From contig JAHHIK010000003.1 in assembly GCA_019358935.1 (NCBI GenBank), forward strand, positions 64,001-128,000: a stretch of DNA of 64,000 bases, in the 5' to 3' direction. The notes beneath the pieces were generated by a model. It did no database searches. It was given only the letters and a program-made list of their open reading frames with translations, and was not told the origin of the DNA. Of this stretch, positions 61,922 through 64,000 are shown one piece after another. The stretch's first letter is position 1. Each line of letters begins with the position of its first letter. Source of the stretch: Tolypothrix carrinoi HA7290-LM1 (GTDB taxonomy: Bacteria > Cyanobacteriota > Cyanobacteriia > Cyanobacteriales > Nostocaceae). The position numbers were made by a program, and so were the translations under genes.

Positions 61922-62620
61922 TTATGGGAATTTAATCGGTTCCTGAAAACAGGAAGTGCTTTGAGCATTAACTTTTTTGGCATACCAGGTACAGGTAAAA
62001 GTATAACGGCTGAAGCTATTGCTCATGAACTTGGTGTGTCAATTATTAAAGCCAACTATGGCGAACTTGAATCTTCTTTAGTAGGAGGAACATCTGATAA
62101 CTTAGCTTCAGTTTTCAAAAAAGCAGAAGAGACAAACAGCTTACTATTCTTTGACGAGGCTGATGCTGTCCTTGGTAAAAGAATCTCCAACCCATCACTA
62201 GCAGCCGATCATGGTGTGAACTCAGCAAAGAGTACTTTACTTACTCACTTAGATAAGTTCAACGGGATTATTGTGTTTGCCACAAATCTTTTTGATAACT
62301 ATGATGAGGCTTTTTTGAGAAGAATTCTTTTCCATGTAGAGTTCTTAGCCCCAGATTTAGAAATGACAGAACAACTATGGAGATTTCACTTATCTGAAAA
62401 CGCACCCAAAGAAGTAAGTTATGAGGATTTGGCAAATATTAGTGATGGTCTTTGTGGTGGCGACATCAGAAATATCACTATTAAGTTAGGTTTGACGTTG
62501 CTAACCGAAAAGGTACAGAGCATTAATGAGTCTTTGGTCAAAGAAGAAATTGAGCGGTACAAAGAAGTAAAACAAAGACACAAGAAAACACCGATTTTAG
62601 TTGAAAATATTGCCAATTGA
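61922..62620 (+). pseudogene. AAA+ ATPase, probably 5'-truncated
   Basis: GIPGTGKS, LFFDEAD, FATN, FLRRI, GGDIRN. The frame extends up through LWEFNRFLKTG to an in-frame TAA, leaving no N-terminal domain. Confidence 0.7.
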
Positions 62621-62651
62621 TCTGATAAAAACATTACGAAGGAGAAAGTTT

Positions 62652-62993
62652 ATGGAATTTTGGGTAATAGCTAGTTTTTTAGTTGGAGTTGCTGTTGGTC
62701 ATTATTTTTGGAAGCAAATAAAGGCATGGGCAACTCAAGTACTAGCCCCTATCCTTGATAGTATCGACAAAGTAGTTGAAGTTACGTCAGATGCTTTTGT
62801 TTATCTGATAAAATAAACAACTGGTCATGTTGTTAAAAGAATGGAGATTGGGGTTCAAAATGTTTTGACAGATGAGAAAAGAATTGAATACAAAGAAGAA
62901 AAGGTTCCTCCTACAGAAATACCTGGTGAAATTAACTCTCAACTTCAGGAAAGAGCAAGATTGAAACTTTTGGAAATGGCACAGCAAACTTAA
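62652..62993 (+). pseudogene. Membrane-anchored small protein with an internal nonsense codon
   Basis: AGGAG RBS and ATG at 62652. In-frame TAA at 62814-16, after which the frame continues for 58 codons (TTGHVVKR...EIPGEINSQLQERARLKLLEMAQQT*). Confidence 0.7.
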
Positions 62994-63006
62994 GAGATAA
63001 TTTGTC

Positions 63007-63507
63007 ATGGATGAACAAAAGAGCCTTCAAGATACTAAACAAGAGAGCCTTCAAGATACTAAACAAGAGAGCCTTCAAGATACTAAACAAGAGAGCCTTC
63101 AAGATACTAAACAAGAGAGCCTTCAAGATAAGTTTGATAAGATATACAACAAAATCACAAACTTACCTAAGCAACTTGCAGACGCAGTTGAGGAAGGGTT
63201 GAAAGAAGGATTGAGACAACCTTCTAACTTAATTTGTGTTCAAGAAGGAGTGTTGGATTTTGAGCGAATTAACGAAGATGTGACACGGATACAAGAAGAT
63301 TTGAAAGCTAGAGGCGAAGTTCTTGGCAGCCATCTCATCTTGGATGATAAACAAGACTTCATGGAAATTCGGACTTACATTCAGAGAAATGATGAAATTT
63401 TTGTGATCAAAGTTCCTGCTGAAGTGAAACAAGTAACTAATATTCCCTCTGATGTATTGAATGAACTACAACAGGAAGGGCGTATTGAACTAAGTCTAAA
63501 ACTTTAG
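63007..63507 (+). CDS. Hypothetical acidic protein with an N-terminal octapeptide repeat
   Basis: 166-aa ORF with (SLQDTKQE) repeats; C-terminus NIPSDVLNELQQEGRIELSL. Confidence 0.65.
   Translation: MDEQKSLQDTKQESLQDTKQESLQDTKQESLQDTKQESLQDKFDKIYNKITNLPKQLADAVEEGLKEGLRQPSNLICVQEGVLDFERINEDVTRIQEDLKARGEVLGSHLILDDKQDFMEIRTYIQRNDEIFVIKVPAEVKQVTNIPSDVLNELQQEGRIELSLKL
63020..63130 (+). repeat. 24-bp perfect coding tandem repeat, about 4.5 copies
   Basis: Unit agagccttcaagatactaaacaag. Confidence 0.95.
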
Positions 63508-63524
63508 CAAGCAGTAGAAAATCA

Positions 63525-63558
63525 AAACCACTGGTGTAAAACTGGTGGTTTCTTTTTG
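63525..63558 (+). terminator. Probable intrinsic terminator
   Basis: aaaccactggt-gtaaa-actggtggttt (with G-U pairs) followed by cttttt. Confidence 0.55.
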
Positions 63559-63678
63559 AATTTAACTTGACAATTACTATTTGCAATTAAAATCTCGAAA
63601 ACGGGGTCTGCGTTAAAATTGGGACATTTTATCCCTTAAGCTTTTTTAGTTCTCATAAATCCCTAAATTACTGCTGTT

Positions 63679-64000
63679 TTGTCATCCTATCATTCTTTCC
63701 CTCATGCAGTGCAGCGCCTCAATCAACTTTGGGATCAACTAGCTGAAGCAGAAATTTTACGCCCTAACGCAGGTGCAGTTCTCCGCACACTCAGTTATAC
63801 TGCTCAGACTTTTGTGCCAACACTGCGGGAATGGATGCTCGATTTTTTGCTGAAAGAACGGTTATTAAAAGACTCGACTGCCATCTTTGACCCTGCTCCC
63901 ATTGAACAGCTGTTGCGCCAAGCAGTCAACCCAGCCGAACTGCGACGCGGAATTGAGCTATGGGTTACAGTCTTTCCTTCGTTGAAAATTCCTGGTTTAG
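63679..64000 (+). CDS. Hypothetical protein, runs off the window
   Basis: 107 open codons from TTG 63679 (MSSYHSFPHAVQRLNQLWDQLAEAEILRP...) to the window end. Confidence 0.6.
   Translation, partial: MSSYHSFPHAVQRLNQLWDQLAEAEILRPNAGAVLRTLSYTAQTFVPTLREWMLDFLLKERLLKDSTAIFDPAPIEQLLRQAVNPAELRRGIELWVTVFPSLKIPGL

Noticed and set aside
63020..63130. Possible CRISPR array
   Set aside because: Units are contiguous with no spacers and lie in frame within an ORF.

Overview
64 kb of chromosome from a filamentous, probably heterocyst-forming cyanobacterium (Nostocales-like). The assignment rests on dozens of HIP1 octamers (GCGATCGC), STRR-type heptamer tandem repeats, ccmK3/ccmK4, desC-desA-desB, bciB, an InvB-type invertase, a HetZ-related gene and nifH. 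The backbone is housekeeping genes: cysteine desulfurase, lnt, gyrA, ClC channel, HDAC-like protein, P450, ParA, Crp-family regulator, M61 peptidase, comB and a BlaI/M56 pair. Accessory patches include an m4C methylase plus NotI-family restriction pair, a two-glycine-zipper-peptide plus HNH operon next to a broken hicB, and a GxxExxY gene bounded by 27-bp inverted repeats whose gene-less copies recur elsewhere in the window. There is also an orphan nifH near molybdenum (TOBE) genes and a decayed modA, a TA-like small gene pair, and a decaying dynamin-fragment/AAA-ATPase/small-protein island at the right end. Intergenic DNA is full of REP-like palindromes and TA-flanked MITEs, including one four-level nested insertion at 40.4-40.76 kb. 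I recognised no rRNA, tRNA, CRISPR array or intact transposase. The best candidate for an undescribed system is the GxxExxY/CGCAAAGG-repeat module, which looks like a RAYT/REP-type autonomous and non-autonomous pair. All family calls come from motif recognition by eye; no searches were run.
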